Assembly: GCA_044376115.1 (NCBI GenBank)
Contig: JBILLK010000005.1
Span: 378,094 to 442,093, forward strand
Length of the DNA: 64,000 bases
Direction: 5' to 3'
Origin: Polyangiaceae bacterium
GTDB taxonomy: Bacteria; Myxococcota_A; Polyangia; Polyangiales; Polyangiaceae
Under the pieces are notes generated by a model. That model did not search any database. It had not been told where the DNA came from and worked only from the letters and a program-made list of their open reading frames with translations. Numbering within the stretch: the first letter of the stretch is position 1; each line of letters opens with the position of its first letter. The translations under genes were made by a program, and so were the position numbers. Below, in pieces: positions 17,900 through 27,879 of this stretch.

Positions 17900-18574
17900 C
17901 TACAGCGCGATTTGGCTGGTCGCGATGCCGGTGGCCAGCGCCACCGCCACGGGAATCGAGAAGTTGTCGTCGAAACGACGGCTGGAGCCGAGCTCGGCGA
18001 GGGCGCCCGCTGTCCCTGCGACCAGCGCGACGATCAGCGCTTGGACCGGCGCGGCGCCGGTGGCCAGGAGCCAAATGAGCGATGCCAGCGCGCCGACCAC
18101 CACGAACGCCAAGGTGCCCTCGAGCGTACGGTTGGCCGAGAGCTGGATGCGACCGAAGCGCCGCCCCACGACGCCTGCCGCCGGGTCTGCGAGCCCGAGT
18201 ACGAGCACGGCCAACTCCGCCCCGCGCATTGGCGCTAGGGCGGCAATCAACGTCAAGGCGGTCACGTACCAGGTTGACGAATTGGTGTGATGGCGCTCAT
18301 GGGCGTGCGCCACCGGCCCAAAGAACGACATCAGCTTGGCGTTGATCTCAGGGCTTCTGCGCCGCAGAAACTCCGAGGTCCAAGCGAAGGTGGCAAACGC
18401 GGCCGCCAAGGCAAACAGCCACCAGCGCCCGGGCAATAGCCGAATCAGCGCCAGCGAAACGAAGCCGGCGGTGACGTGGAAGCCGCTGCGGGCCAGGTTG
18501 GTGGGACGCGTGATGGGCGTCCGCTCCGACGCACCTTCAGCAAACGGCAGAGCAAGCGGGGTGGCTTTCGACAC
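17900..18574 (-). CDS. Polyprenol/diacylglycerol kinase-like (CTP_transf_1 superfamily) membrane protein
   Basis: RSGFH, LADPAAGVVGRRFG, RTLEGTLAF, AEL...DDNFSIP; multiple TM segments. Confidence 0.8.
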   Translation of the reverse strand: MSKATPLALPFAEGASERTPITRPTNLARSGFHVTAGFVSLALIRLLPGRWWLFALAAAFATFAWTSEFLRRRSPEINAKLMSFFGPVAHAHERHHTNSSTWYVTALTLIAALAPMRGAELAVLVLGLADPAAGVVGRRFGRIQLSANRTLEGTLAFVVVGALASLIWLLATGAAPVQALIVALVAGTAGALAELGSSRRFDDNFSIPVAVALATGIATSQIAL

Positions 18575-18662
18575 GGCCTGGGGACCCTAGTCGAGCCGGT
18601 CTTGCGCGGTATCAGAATCTCGTCATTTCGCGGTGGACTGGTCCGCCGACGGCTTTGGGAGG

Positions 18663-20471
18663 TTAGGCGGCGATGAACTGGCGCTCCACCAGTCTGCGAT
18701 AAATCCCCTCTTCCCGCATTAGCTGCTGGTGGGTACCGCTCTGCGCGATGCGACCACCCTCGAGAACCACCACCAGGTCGGCGTCGGCGATGGTGGAGAG
18801 CCGGTGTGCGATGACCAAGGTGGTTCGCCGACTGCCATCCCGTCGACTGCCCTCTCGCAGTCGCTCCAACGCCTCGCGGACCAGATGCTCGCTCTCAGCG
18901 TCCAACGCGCTGGTGGCCTCATCCAGAATCAGCACCCGCGGATCTTTGAGCACCGCCCGAGCGATCGCCACGCGCTGCTTCTGTCCGCCGGAGAGCTGGA
19001 TACCGCGCTCACCCACCTTGGTTTCGTAGCCCTCGGGGAACTGCGCAATGAAGGCGTGGGCGTTGGCGACGGTTGCAGCCTCGCGGACCTCGGCGTCGCT
19101 GGCGTCGATGCGGCCGTAGCGAATGTTGTCGGCGATGGAGGCCGAGAACAGCACCGGCTCTTGGGAGACCACCCCGACTTGCGAGCGGAGCCAACTCGGA
19201 TCGAGCTCACGAAGGTCCACGCCATCGAGCTGCAAGCTGCCCTCGGTTGGATCGTAGAAGCGCGTGAGCAGCGCTGCGATCGTGCTCTTACCGGCTCCGG
19301 AAGGACCGACGAGCGCAACCACCTGCCCAGGCTCGATGGCGAGTTCGAAGTCCTTCAAGACCGCCACTTGCGGGCGCGTTGGATAGGCGAAGCCCACGTG
19401 CTCGAAGGCGATCCGGCCAGGCACCTTCTCCAGCGTTTTTCCACCATGCAGCGAGATGGTCGGTGTGCGATCCAGCAGAGCAAAGAGCCTCTCACTGACG
19501 CCCGCAGCTCTCATGAAGTCGGACCAAACATCCGCCAAAGCGGCCAAGGAAACCGCGACGGTAATCGTGTAGATCAAGAAGGACGTGAGATCCCCGGCGC
19601 TCATTTCGCCGCTCCGAACCAGCCGGCCGCCGTACCAAAAGACGAGCGCTACGGCGCCGAACGCGGCGCTCATCGACACGCCCATGAATACGCCGCTTAC
19701 GTTGATGCGCGTCTTGGCGAGCGCGAAGCTCGCGTCGAGCTGCGACTCGTAGTGCTTCGTCTCGCGCCCCTCGGCGGCGAAGGCGCGCACGGTGCGCAAG
19801 TTCGCGATGCTCTCTTCGGCGGTCGCCGAGGCCTCAGCGAGCTTGTCCTGAACGGCACGGGCCAGCCGCCGTACGCGCTTGCCGTAGCTGACGGCCCCAA
19901 TGGCGATGGCCGGGACGACCGCGAGCATCAGCAGCGTAAGCGGTGGTGAGGTGAAGAACAGCATCACCACGCCGCCTAGAACCATGGCGCAGTTGCGCAG
20001 CAACATCGAGATATTCGAGCTAACGGCGCTCTGCAGGACGGCGGTATCCGAAGCCAAGCTGCTCGATAGGTCGCCCGTTCGCTTCTCGTCGAAGAAAGCC
20101 ACGTCTTGCTCGAGGATCCGTTCGAACACCTGCTTTCGAAGCCGAGCGACGACCCGCTCCCCGGCGGTGGTGAACAGAATGAAGCGGAGGGCGCCCGCGA
20201 CGCCTTGCACCAGGAACGTCAGGAACATGAACATCGCGGTCTGATCGATGATGGCCGCGTCCGAGTTCGGGTCGAGCGCACCATCGATGATGCGGCGGAT
20301 GGCCTGCGGGAAGATCAGACTTCCGGCGCTGCTGATGCCCAGCATCAACAAGCCCACGCCGAGCGGCTTCCACTCAGGCCGGGCCAACCCCAAGACCCGC
20401 AACAAGAGCGCTCGCGCTTTCCTTACGGGTACTTTCGGCGCTTCAGGGCTTTGCACGGGCGGACTATGCAA
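18663..20471 (-). CDS. ABCB/MsbA-like fused ABC exporter (TMD+NBD)
   Basis: 6-TM domain, GPSGAGKS, VSQEP, LSGGQKQR, LILDEATSALD, IAHRLST. Confidence 0.93.
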   Translation of the reverse strand: MHSPPVQSPEAPKVPVRKARALLLRVLGLARPEWKPLGVGLLMLGISSAGSLIFPQAIRRIIDGALDPNSDAAIIDQTAMFMFLTFLVQGVAGALRFILFTTAGERVVARLRKQVFERILEQDVAFFDEKRTGDLSSSLASDTAVLQSAVSSNISMLLRNCAMVLGGVVMLFFTSPPLTLLMLAVVPAIAIGAVSYGKRVRRLARAVQDKLAEASATAEESIANLRTVRAFAAEGRETKHYESQLDASFALAKTRINVSGVFMGVSMSAAFGAVALVFWYGGRLVRSGEMSAGDLTSFLIYTITVAVSLAALADVWSDFMRAAGVSERLFALLDRTPTISLHGGKTLEKVPGRIAFEHVGFAYPTRPQVAVLKDFELAIEPGQVVALVGPSGAGKSTIAALLTRFYDPTEGSLQLDGVDLRELDPSWLRSQVGVVSQEPVLFSASIADNIRYGRIDASDAEVREAATVANAHAFIAQFPEGYETKVGERGIQLSGGQKQRVAIARAVLKDPRVLILDEATSALDAESEHLVREALERLREGSRRDGSRRTTLVIAHRLSTIADADLVVVLEGGRIAQSGTHQQLMREEGIYRRLVERQFIAA

Positions 20472-20520
20472 CCAGCGCGGATCTAGCGCGAGGGTTTCGC
20501 TGTTGTGTTAGGAAGATTGC

Positions 20521-22032
20521 ATGCGACCTTGGCTTCGCGCCTCGCGGTCCTTGTTCGGTACCGCGTTGCTGTTTGCGTTTTTCGGCGTGGCCACCGTGAT
20601 TGCCACTGCGCAAGACAAGGGCGCAGCTGGCTTGTCCGACGCCTTCAAGTTGCGTTGGGCACAGACCTTTAGCGGCCCTTGGTCGGCGATCGTTCTGACT
20701 GGCGCTTTGGCCTTTGCCGTTGGCGTGGCCTTGCACTGGCTCGACAGCGTCACCTCCCGTCGTTCCTTCATCAGTAAATCTGCGCGTGAGCCCAACATCT
20801 CCAGCGACCTGAAAGGGGCGCTCTTGGAGTTGGCCCAAGCTGTCGAGGCCGCCGCGGCGGGCTCTGAGCCGGACGTGATCCTCGCTTGTGATGAGCTCAT
20901 TCGCGGCGCGGCAGGGCTTGGAGCCAGCGACATTCATCTTTCGCCCACCCCCCAAGGGTCCAAGTTGACCCTGCGTTTGCAAGGTGAGCTGCGGGACATC
21001 GCGACGCTGGCGGGAGACATTCACGCACCCTTCGTAACGCGCATCAAAGTGCTGTCCCGCTTGGATACCTACATTCGCAACGTGCCCCAAGATGGCCGGC
21101 TCGTACTCGATCTTGGTGGCGGGACTGTGGAGGCGCGCGTTTCTACTCTGCCTACCGAGCTTGGTGAGCGCGTGGTCATGCGTTTGGTTCGTGGCGGCCG
21201 CGCAGTTCCGGAGATTGAGTCGCTGGGCTTCCCGGCCGACGTTGAAGCGAGGTTCGCCGAAGTGCTCGGGCGCCCGCAGGGCATCCTCTTCGTTACGGGT
21301 CCCGTGGGTAGCGGCAAGACGACGACGCTTTACGCTGCGCTCGCCTGCATCGCTCGTTCACGGGGGAGAACCACGGCGATGGTAACGCTCGAGGATCCGA
21401 TCGAGTTGGAGCTGCCGTTTGCCACCCAAACCCAGATTCACCCCAAGAGCGGGATGACCTTCGCGGGGACCTTGCGCAGCGTATTGCGCCAAGATCCCAA
21501 CGTGCTGATGGTGGGTGAGATCCGCGACAAGGAGACCGCTGAGATCGCGACGCAAGCAGGTCTCACCGGCCATTTGATTCTGACCACCGTCCACGGTCAA
21601 AGCGCAGCCGGCGTGTTTGCGCGTTTGGTCGAGATGGGCATCGAGCCCTTCGTCCTCGCCAGCTCGACGCTCGGTTGCGTGTCGCAACGCCTTGCGCGTG
21701 CGCTCTGCGCCTCGTGTCGACAAGTCCGGCCAGTCGAGCCGATCGTCGTCGAGCGCTTCGCCGCGCAGGGCCTCACGATTCCCGACGGCACTTACTATGA
21801 ACCCAAGGGTTGTGAGGCCTGTGACGGGCGCGGCTTCGTGGGCCGCGTGGCCCTAGTCGAGCTCTTGGTGATGGATGAAGAGCTGAGGGCGGCAGTGAAT
21901 GCGCGCATGCCCTCGCCGGAGCTCTCGGCGTTGGCTTCGCGAAACGGCATGAAGGGGCTGCTCGCCGATGGGATGGAACGCGCTCGCCGCGGGGAAACCA
22001 GCTTGCTTGAGGTTTTGCGGGTGGCCGGATGA
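20521..22032 (+). CDS. GspE/PulE/PilB-family secretion ATPase with two N-terminal hydrophobic segments
   Basis: ASDIHL, PQDGR, GPVGSGKTTT, TLEDPIE, LRQDPNVLMVGEIRD, GHLILTTVH, CASC/CEAC zinc motif. Confidence 0.9.
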   Translation: MRPWLRASRSLFGTALLFAFFGVATVIATAQDKGAAGLSDAFKLRWAQTFSGPWSAIVLTGALAFAVGVALHWLDSVTSRRSFISKSAREPNISSDLKGALLELAQAVEAAAAGSEPDVILACDELIRGAAGLGASDIHLSPTPQGSKLTLRLQGELRDIATLAGDIHAPFVTRIKVLSRLDTYIRNVPQDGRLVLDLGGGTVEARVSTLPTELGERVVMRLVRGGRAVPEIESLGFPADVEARFAEVLGRPQGILFVTGPVGSGKTTTLYAALACIARSRGRTTAMVTLEDPIELELPFATQTQIHPKSGMTFAGTLRSVLRQDPNVLMVGEIRDKETAEIATQAGLTGHLILTTVHGQSAAGVFARLVEMGIEPFVLASSTLGCVSQRLARALCASCRQVRPVEPIVVERFAAQGLTIPDGTYYEPKGCEACDGRGFVGRVALVELLVMDEELRAAVNARMPSPELSALASRNGMKGLLADGMERARRGETSLLEVLRVAG

Positions 22033-22430
22033 ACGTGCTTGAACGCCTAGGAACGGGAACGCAGCTGGCCGGCAGTCTCCTGCTGGTCGTGGCGGCCTCG
22101 AGATTCTTGTACGTCGCTGTCACGGAGGGTTGGGCAGATGACCAAGCTCCTCCGAAGCCTGCGTCCTCCGCTCAGGTCAGCGCGGCTCCGCAAGCCAGCG
22201 GGCCGGCCAAACCAAGAGGTCAGGCGATCCGAACCAAGTTGCTCGTGAGCGTTGGAGCTGACCGCTCAACCGTGCGAGTCGACGGCGCAACCTTGGGCAA
22301 GACCCCTCTTTTTACCGAGACCTCCTGCCGTTTGGGTGAGCCTCTTTCAGTGCTGGTGATCGAGCCGAGTGGAAAGACCCTGACCTTCGCACCCATCTGC
22401 GTCGAAGGCACCGTGCGGGTCGATCCGTGA
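22029..22430 (+). CDS. Small membrane-anchored PEGA-like protein
   Basis: ATGA overlap with the ATPase gene; TM, Pro/Ala linker, VRVDGATLGKTP (PEGA motif), two Cys. Confidence 0.65.
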   Translation: MNVLERLGTGTQLAGSLLLVVAASRFLYVAVTEGWADDQAPPKPASSAQVSAAPQASGPAKPRGQAIRTKLLVSVGADRSTVRVDGATLGKTPLFTETSCRLGEPLSVLVIEPSGKTLTFAPICVEGTVRVDP

Positions 22431-22443
22431 GTCTTGAGGCTGC

Positions 22444-23598
22444 TTATCGGAACTCGTCCGCCGGCACCCAAAAGCGGTTCTCCTCTGCGGGGTAGATGCG
22501 CGTTTCGAGCGGGTAGATCTCGACGAAACCGTCCACGACCTCCCCCTGGCGAACCAGCGTTCCTTCGGTAATCCATAGGCTCTCGTGGTCGGCCTTTTGT
22601 GGCGACAGCCCTAAACGAACGGGCATGGTGCGCGCGATCTCACGGGTCGATTGGTGGATTCGGTCGCGGCTGCCGCCGCAACCAGCGAAGCCCAACCCGC
22701 CGAAGCCAAGCGCTTCATCGCTGACCTCTTGGCGATCGACCCAAACGTCGAAGCGAGCCTGCGCTGTTTTGAAGCGTACGTTGAGCCAGCTGCGCGTCTC
22801 GGCTGCGACCGTAAGCTCCAGAGCGATGGGCGCTTCGGACGGATCCACCTGGAGTACCGCGATCACCGAACCGGCGGCGGCGTTGCGCAGCGTGAGCGTC
22901 TTTTGCGACGGGTAGACAAGGCGCGCCGCTGCGCTCGCCGCAGTGTCGTCCGCCGCAGGCTCCGGCTCGGCCAACTCAAACGCCAGATCGGAACAGGCTA
23001 CCTTGGCAGGGATCGCGTCGACGCCTCGGAGGTCGGACAGCACCTTTACGCTGACACCGTCGGTGCGGCTGGATTTGATCTGCACTGGCGCATTCTTCGC
23101 TAGCCAAACGTGGTCCTCGAGGACCATCACCTCGTTTGCGAGCCGAAAAGGATGCTGCGTGATTGGCGTGTAGCCAGTGACCGTCACGCCCCCGCTCCGC
23201 GCGTGAACCCAGGCTTTTTGGGGCCTAACCGTCAATCCCCAAACCAGCTCAATCTTCTCGGTGGAAAAGCTGACGAGTGGGGAACCGTCTTTCGAGCTAA
23301 CGGTGGCGATTGGATCTTCGCAAGGTTTGGGAAACGGGTTGCCACCGCCGCGCACGACGCAGCTCACCTCTGCTGGCGGTGCAGGCCAAGCTGGCGCCAC
23401 CCCCTCCGCTTTCGGTTTTCGGCTGGATTCAACGTCTACCGCCGCTGCCGAGCGCGTCACCCACGGGGTCGTTCGCGAGGCGGTCTCAACGCTGTTCGCA
23501 GATCCTGCTGCGCGCTCGCCCGGCGCGATCGACACCAGAGGCGACGCCCCCGAGCCTGTACATCCGACCAACGCGAGCCCGCAAAGAATGAAACGCAC
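22444..23598 (-). CDS. Hypothetical lipoprotein
   Basis: Lipobox LVGC; 384-aa beta-rich ORF. Confidence 0.65.
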   Translation of the reverse strand: MRFILCGLALVGCTGSGASPLVSIAPGERAAGSANSVETASRTTPWVTRSAAAVDVESSRKPKAEGVAPAWPAPPAEVSCVVRGGGNPFPKPCEDPIATVSSKDGSPLVSFSTEKIELVWGLTVRPQKAWVHARSGGVTVTGYTPITQHPFRLANEVMVLEDHVWLAKNAPVQIKSSRTDGVSVKVLSDLRGVDAIPAKVACSDLAFELAEPEPAADDTAASAAARLVYPSQKTLTLRNAAAGSVIAVLQVDPSEAPIALELTVAAETRSWLNVRFKTAQARFDVWVDRQEVSDEALGFGGLGFAGCGGSRDRIHQSTREIARTMPVRLGLSPQKADHESLWITEGTLVRQGEVVDGFVEIYPLETRIYPAEENRFWVPADEFR

Positions 23599-23649
23599 GC
23601 TCGATGGACGCCCGCTCGGAGGATTAGTTCCCGCCGCTCGAGGCTCGCG

Positions 23650-25488
23650 TCACGGCAGCTGGCAAACGTAGAAAGCGGGCACGTCGCAGGGGATGTCGTT
23701 CCACAGCCCGCCCGCCCAACTCGCCAAATGGCCGCAGTCCTCTTCCCCGGTATTGTTCGGTTCGCCGGGGCTCCAGGTCTCGAAGTCGAGGGGCGTGCTG
23801 TCGGTCCATTCGAAGGAGCCCTCGGTCACCAGATCGTGAAGCCCGATCCACCATTCGCCGCCGAGCAGCGAGTAAGCGCCCATCACGATCTCGTCTTGGG
23901 TCGCCTGATCATGGACCGACGCCAGGTGACCGCCTTGCATGACGCAGTCGGCCTCGGCCTCGGCAAAGTTCCGTTGCTTGAAGCAGAAGGCGTACGTTCC
24001 ACCGGCCGTCGCTGGTACGTTCACGCAGCCGGGACAGAGCGGGTCCTCATCAAGCTGACCATCGCAGTTGTCGTCGGTCAGGTTGCAGAGCTCGGCGGCG
24101 CCAGGAAAGATGTCAGGGTTCGCGTCGTTGCAGTCTTGCCCGCAACCGGAGGCGCCATCCCCATCACCGTCCAGGACGTTTGGATCGGTGCAGACAAACT
24201 GGCCTGCAACATCTGCCGGGCGGTTCTGCAGGAAGGCCTTGGTCGCGTCGATGGAGCCATACACCCAGCCCTCGTCGTACTCCTTGCGCGGGTCCTCGAG
24301 CATGGCCTCATCAATCAGCGCACGCAGCTCGTCACAGCGGTTCACCAGATCGAGCTCGGTGACGCGGGCGCTAACCTGTTCGAAGGCCGTCTTCAGCTGT
24401 TGTCGGCACGGGAGCGAGGCTCCGCACATCTCCTGCACGCGACCATCTCCACCCCAGATCGGCAAGCCATCGGCGAAGGTCTGGTCGGTGCCCCAGGGCA
24501 TGAAGGTCCAGCGACCGTCCGCGCCCCGGTAGACGAAGTAGTTGTTGCGGGTCCAGGCGTACCCATCCCAGTGACCGATGAAGATCTCGGTCGCCGAAAA
24601 ATTCAGGTATGCCTCCATGTCGATCACAGTGCTCGCGTCCTCAAAGAAGGTGGCTGGGTCAGTCATCGCGTCGAGGGCTAGCTTGAGCTCCTGCAAATCG
24701 GCAAAGCCAACGTCTTCACCGTTGTCTTGATCGAAGGTGGGGATGAAGCCGTCCTCGAGGTCGCTGCCGTATTGTCCTTCGTAGAGGTTGCCTTCGTCTT
24801 CGCCGAACCACGTCTTCAAGTACTCCGAGTTATCGAGCACCTCGATGGTTGAATACAGGCCATACAGCTCGCCGTTGACGAACACGCGGGCGTACGAGGT
24901 GCGCGGAGCGGGGACGCCTGCTGCGCGAAACAGCGACGAGGCCAGCTGCTCATGGATCATGCTGCTGTCCTGCACCATGTTGTTGAGCGCGAGCTTCTCC
25001 AGCCCAAGTGGCTCCTGCTTCTTGTCGAACTCATCGAACTTGAGCAAGAAGGCTGCCTTTTGATCGAGCGTGCGGAACGAACCGTACTTGCCTTTGAGCC
25101 GCAGCCCGATCCCGGGCAAGTTCAGCACCTCGCCGTTCGTCAGGGCGATCTCCGCATCGGCGTGGACGTACTCCGAGGGAGCCGCCCAGATCGAATCGAT
25201 CGCCAGTTCATCAAGCGTCAACTCGATCCGCGCGATGCCATCGGACGCAAATAGCGCGTCCGCGGTTTCAGCACCGCCAACGCCTCCCGCCCCACCGCTG
25301 CCGCCCATTCCCCCCGTATTGGCGCCAGCGCCGGAGCCCGTACCGCCCGTGCCGCCACTACCACCCGTACTGCTACCGCCCGCGGGTTGCTGCGTCTCAT
25401 CGCCATCACATGCGCAGACCGCCCAGGCTAGGGCCAACAGCGCGCCTCGTGCCAACCGACCAGCGTGCGCCCGCGAGAAAAAGAGCAT
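23650..25488 (-). CDS. CotH-family kinase lipoprotein with a myxobacterial DCND repeat and a C-terminal C-type lectin domain
   Basis: GLRLKG..SFR, LALNN, GLYSTIE, GNLYE, HWDGY..NNY, FMPWGTDQTF (CotH); DCNDANPDIFPGAAELCNLTDDNCDG; WIGLHD..EGSFEW..W..GEPNN..EDC..WNDIPC. Confidence 0.88.
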   Translation of the reverse strand: MLFFSRAHAGRLARGALLALAWAVCACDGDETQQPAGGSSTGGSGGTGGTGSGAGANTGGMGGSGGAGGVGGAETADALFASDGIARIELTLDELAIDSIWAAPSEYVHADAEIALTNGEVLNLPGIGLRLKGKYGSFRTLDQKAAFLLKFDEFDKKQEPLGLEKLALNNMVQDSSMIHEQLASSLFRAAGVPAPRTSYARVFVNGELYGLYSTIEVLDNSEYLKTWFGEDEGNLYEGQYGSDLEDGFIPTFDQDNGEDVGFADLQELKLALDAMTDPATFFEDASTVIDMEAYLNFSATEIFIGHWDGYAWTRNNYFVYRGADGRWTFMPWGTDQTFADGLPIWGGDGRVQEMCGASLPCRQQLKTAFEQVSARVTELDLVNRCDELRALIDEAMLEDPRKEYDEGWVYGSIDATKAFLQNRPADVAGQFVCTDPNVLDGDGDGASGCGQDCNDANPDIFPGAAELCNLTDDNCDGQLDEDPLCPGCVNVPATAGGTYAFCFKQRNFAEAEADCVMQGGHLASVHDQATQDEIVMGAYSLLGGEWWIGLHDLVTEGSFEWTDSTPLDFETWSPGEPNNTGEEDCGHLASWAGGLWNDIPCDVPAFYVCQLP

Positions 25489-25555
25489 CTGGTCAGGTTA
25501 ACGCTGTGACCAACCCGCACTCAAGGTCGACGCGAGCAATTCGCTAATTCGCCAA

Positions 25556-25954
25556 CTATCCTTCCGCGAGCTGCAGCTCCTCGCTTGCTCGCACGAACAC
25601 AACCTCCACGCCGAGCTCCAGCTCCTCCGGATCGAGCGGGACGGCGAAGGCTGCGTCGGTGGCGCAGTAGTTCGTCGTCTCGTGGCTGCATATGAGATTA
25701 GCTTCACGCATGAGCGAATACACGAGGTCCGCTTCAGCGGAATCGAAGCCGGTCAGCGTAAGTAGAAAACCTTCTTCCAGCGGATCGCCTTGGACCGAGG
25801 CGGAGGGCATGGCGGCGAGTAAACTCTTGGCTCGCATTGCCTCGCTCGCGTGCATGGTTCGCGGTCTCAGGATCACCGCCTCGCCAGTAAACGGGTGCTG
25901 CCCTGTGCGCGGCGGGCCGCTGTGAATCGGGCGGAAGAAAAGTTCGACGCTCAT
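25556..25954 (-). CDS. Hypothetical protein
   Basis: 132-aa ORF; ATGA overlap with the upstream GNAT gene. Confidence 0.6.
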   Translation of the reverse strand: MSVELFFRPIHSGPPRTGQHPFTGEAVILRPRTMHASEAMRAKSLLAAMPSASVQGDPLEEGFLLTLTGFDSAEADLVYSLMREANLICSHETTNYCATDAAFAVPLDPEELELGVEVVFVRASEELQLAEG

Positions 25955-26694
25955 ACGGCTGACACCGCTTCCCCTACGATATTAAAGTAACGAAGCGTCG
26001 GCCGTAGCTCGGGCACCCAGGGTAGAACCTGGAACTCGCTGGGCGTGAGCGCAAACATTGGATTGCGGCCCGTGTGAATGAAGCCTTGTTGCAAAAGACC
26101 CTCGCTCGGCTTTTGCGTGATGTTGTGCAATAGGCCTTCCTGCCGCATCCCGACCTTCTCCATGACCCGGCGGCTCGCCACGTTGGCCTCGTCACAAATG
26201 GCCTGTACGCGATCGGCGCCCAACTTATCGAACGCGTAGATGACGATGAGCTTGGACGCATAGCTCGCTAGCCCTCGCCCTGCGAACGGGGTTGGCGTCC
26301 AATAGCCAATCTCCAACCCGCTCGGATTGAGCGGTACGCGTGGGTGGAGCCCGATCATGGTGACAAGCGTCTCTTGCTCGGCGTTGCGCTCGAACAGCGC
26401 CATGCTCAACTCCCGCCCTGAAAAGTAGTTGGCTTCACATTCGCGCAGCCGCTCGAGTTGCTGAAGCGTGCTCTGCGGTTGATGCGCCCATGGCATGAAC
26501 CTGCAGAGTTCGGCGCGGCTCGCGTCGAAGGCGCGCAAGATCGCGTCAACGTCGCTCATCAAGGTCGGGCGCAGCACATAGGTCTTGCCGTCCTGCGCTT
26601 GGGCGTGGATGGCCCGCGCTGGCCGTTCACGAGTGACGCTTATTTGAGCTGGTGACAGCCGTAGGCCTTGGGATTCGCTGACGGGCGGAAACAT
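25951..26694 (-). CDS. GNAT N-acetyltransferase, RimJ/RimL family
   Basis: FMPWA, EIGYW, GRGLAS, NVASRRVMEKVGM..EG. Start may be ATG 26694 or TTG 26751. Confidence 0.85.
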   Translation of the reverse strand: MFPPVSESQGLRLSPAQISVTRERPARAIHAQAQDGKTYVLRPTLMSDVDAILRAFDASRAELCRFMPWAHQPQSTLQQLERLRECEANYFSGRELSMALFERNAEQETLVTMIGLHPRVPLNPSGLEIGYWTPTPFAGRGLASYASKLIVIYAFDKLGADRVQAICDEANVASRRVMEKVGMRQEGLLHNITQKPSEGLLQQGFIHTGRNPMFALTPSEFQVLPWVPELRPTLRYFNIVGEAVSAV

Positions 26695-26821
26695 AGGAGG
26701 CTCCAGCGCGGGTGAGCTCGCACGATCACCTGTGCGACGCACTTTCAGCAAGGGCCGCCGTCCCCCTATCGGGTTGATTGTGCCTTGACGCGGTGAGGCA
26801 TCGGACTACTTCCACATACCC

Positions 26822-27802
26822 ATGAAGTCGCTGCTCCCGTTGATTTCCACGTTTGTCTTGCTCTCAGCCTGTGCTCCCGAAAATGGCTTGGGAGAGTTGG
26901 AGCAGGCGGGGGAGGGCGAGGCTGCGCTTTCGGGTTCGCGCATCAACTTCTCGGCGGATTGGGCCGAGAAGGTGGAAGGCAAGCTGCGCGCTGGTGACCC
27001 GATCGAGCTGGTCTTCGACGAGGCTCGGCTAGCCAGCTGCCGAGGTGAGCAGAACGGTATCCCGCAATGGGCGATCACCGCTTTCTACCGCGTCAATGGT
27101 GGAGAGCTGCACGCTGTGCCGGTGGCCGGTCTCAACGCCGGGGAGACGGTGAGCATCGTGCCCACCGAGAAGGGCAAGTTGGAGCTCTGGTTCGAGGAGA
27201 CCAATCGTTGGGGATGTCACGCCTACGACTCGAACCTCGGCGCTAATTACGTATTCAAGGTCGGTGCTGCAGTTGGCCAACCCGGTTGGGTTGGCAACGG
27301 CGCCCGGGTGATCGATCGCTGGACGTGCAGCGCGGGCCCTTGCGATCAAAGCCGCGTGAGCTTGGAGGAGGCGTTCACCTTCGGGACCTGGGCGCGGCAA
27401 CGAGCGACGATTGCAGGCCTCTACTTTGATGTCTGGGAGGAAGGCGTCACCGACTGGAAGAACCCAGATTTGTGGAAAGAGGTGGATGTGCAGTTCCACT
27501 ACCGCTTTGCCGGCCAAGCGGCCTTCTCTTCACGCTACGTGGATTTCTTTCAAAACGTCGGTAATGACGCTCGTTACGAGCTGCGACTGCGCAACATTGA
27601 TCCCTTCTTCGCGATGCCTTCGGTGGTCGCTGAGGAGAACTGCCCCGCAGCAGAGCTCTCGGTCACGCCGGACGGTCAGTACGTTTCGACCGAGGTTGAG
27701 TACTACTTCAGCGCTGACGGTGTGGAGCTACGCCCGGAGAGCGGTGGTACCTTCATCGGCCGGTTTGAAGACTACGTTGGGCCGTACGCGGCTTGCCTCT
27801 AA
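26822..27802 (+). CDS. DUF6209-like lipoprotein (two Ig/CBM21-like beta domains)
   Basis: Lipobox LSAC; LELWF...GCHAYDSNLGANYVF; GNDARY motif. Confidence 0.65.
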   Translation: MKSLLPLISTFVLLSACAPENGLGELEQAGEGEAALSGSRINFSADWAEKVEGKLRAGDPIELVFDEARLASCRGEQNGIPQWAITAFYRVNGGELHAVPVAGLNAGETVSIVPTEKGKLELWFEETNRWGCHAYDSNLGANYVFKVGAAVGQPGWVGNGARVIDRWTCSAGPCDQSRVSLEEAFTFGTWARQRATIAGLYFDVWEEGVTDWKNPDLWKEVDVQFHYRFAGQAAFSSRYVDFFQNVGNDARYELRLRNIDPFFAMPSVVAEENCPAAELSVTPDGQYVSTEVEYYFSADGVELRPESGGTFIGRFEDYVGPYAACL

Positions 27803-27879
27803 AAGAGCTTTGCGTCCGGCCGGCGGCTGAGCGCTGCTTGGCCGGCCCAGCCGGCCTTCCGATTGGGCCGGTCGTTCAC

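Noticed and set aside
23110..24681. 523-aa + strand ORF and similar long antisense ORFs (e.g. 18729-19949, 47284-48432, 53647-54810)
   Set aside because: Shadow frames opposite well-supported genes, expected at high GC, with no recognisable motifs.
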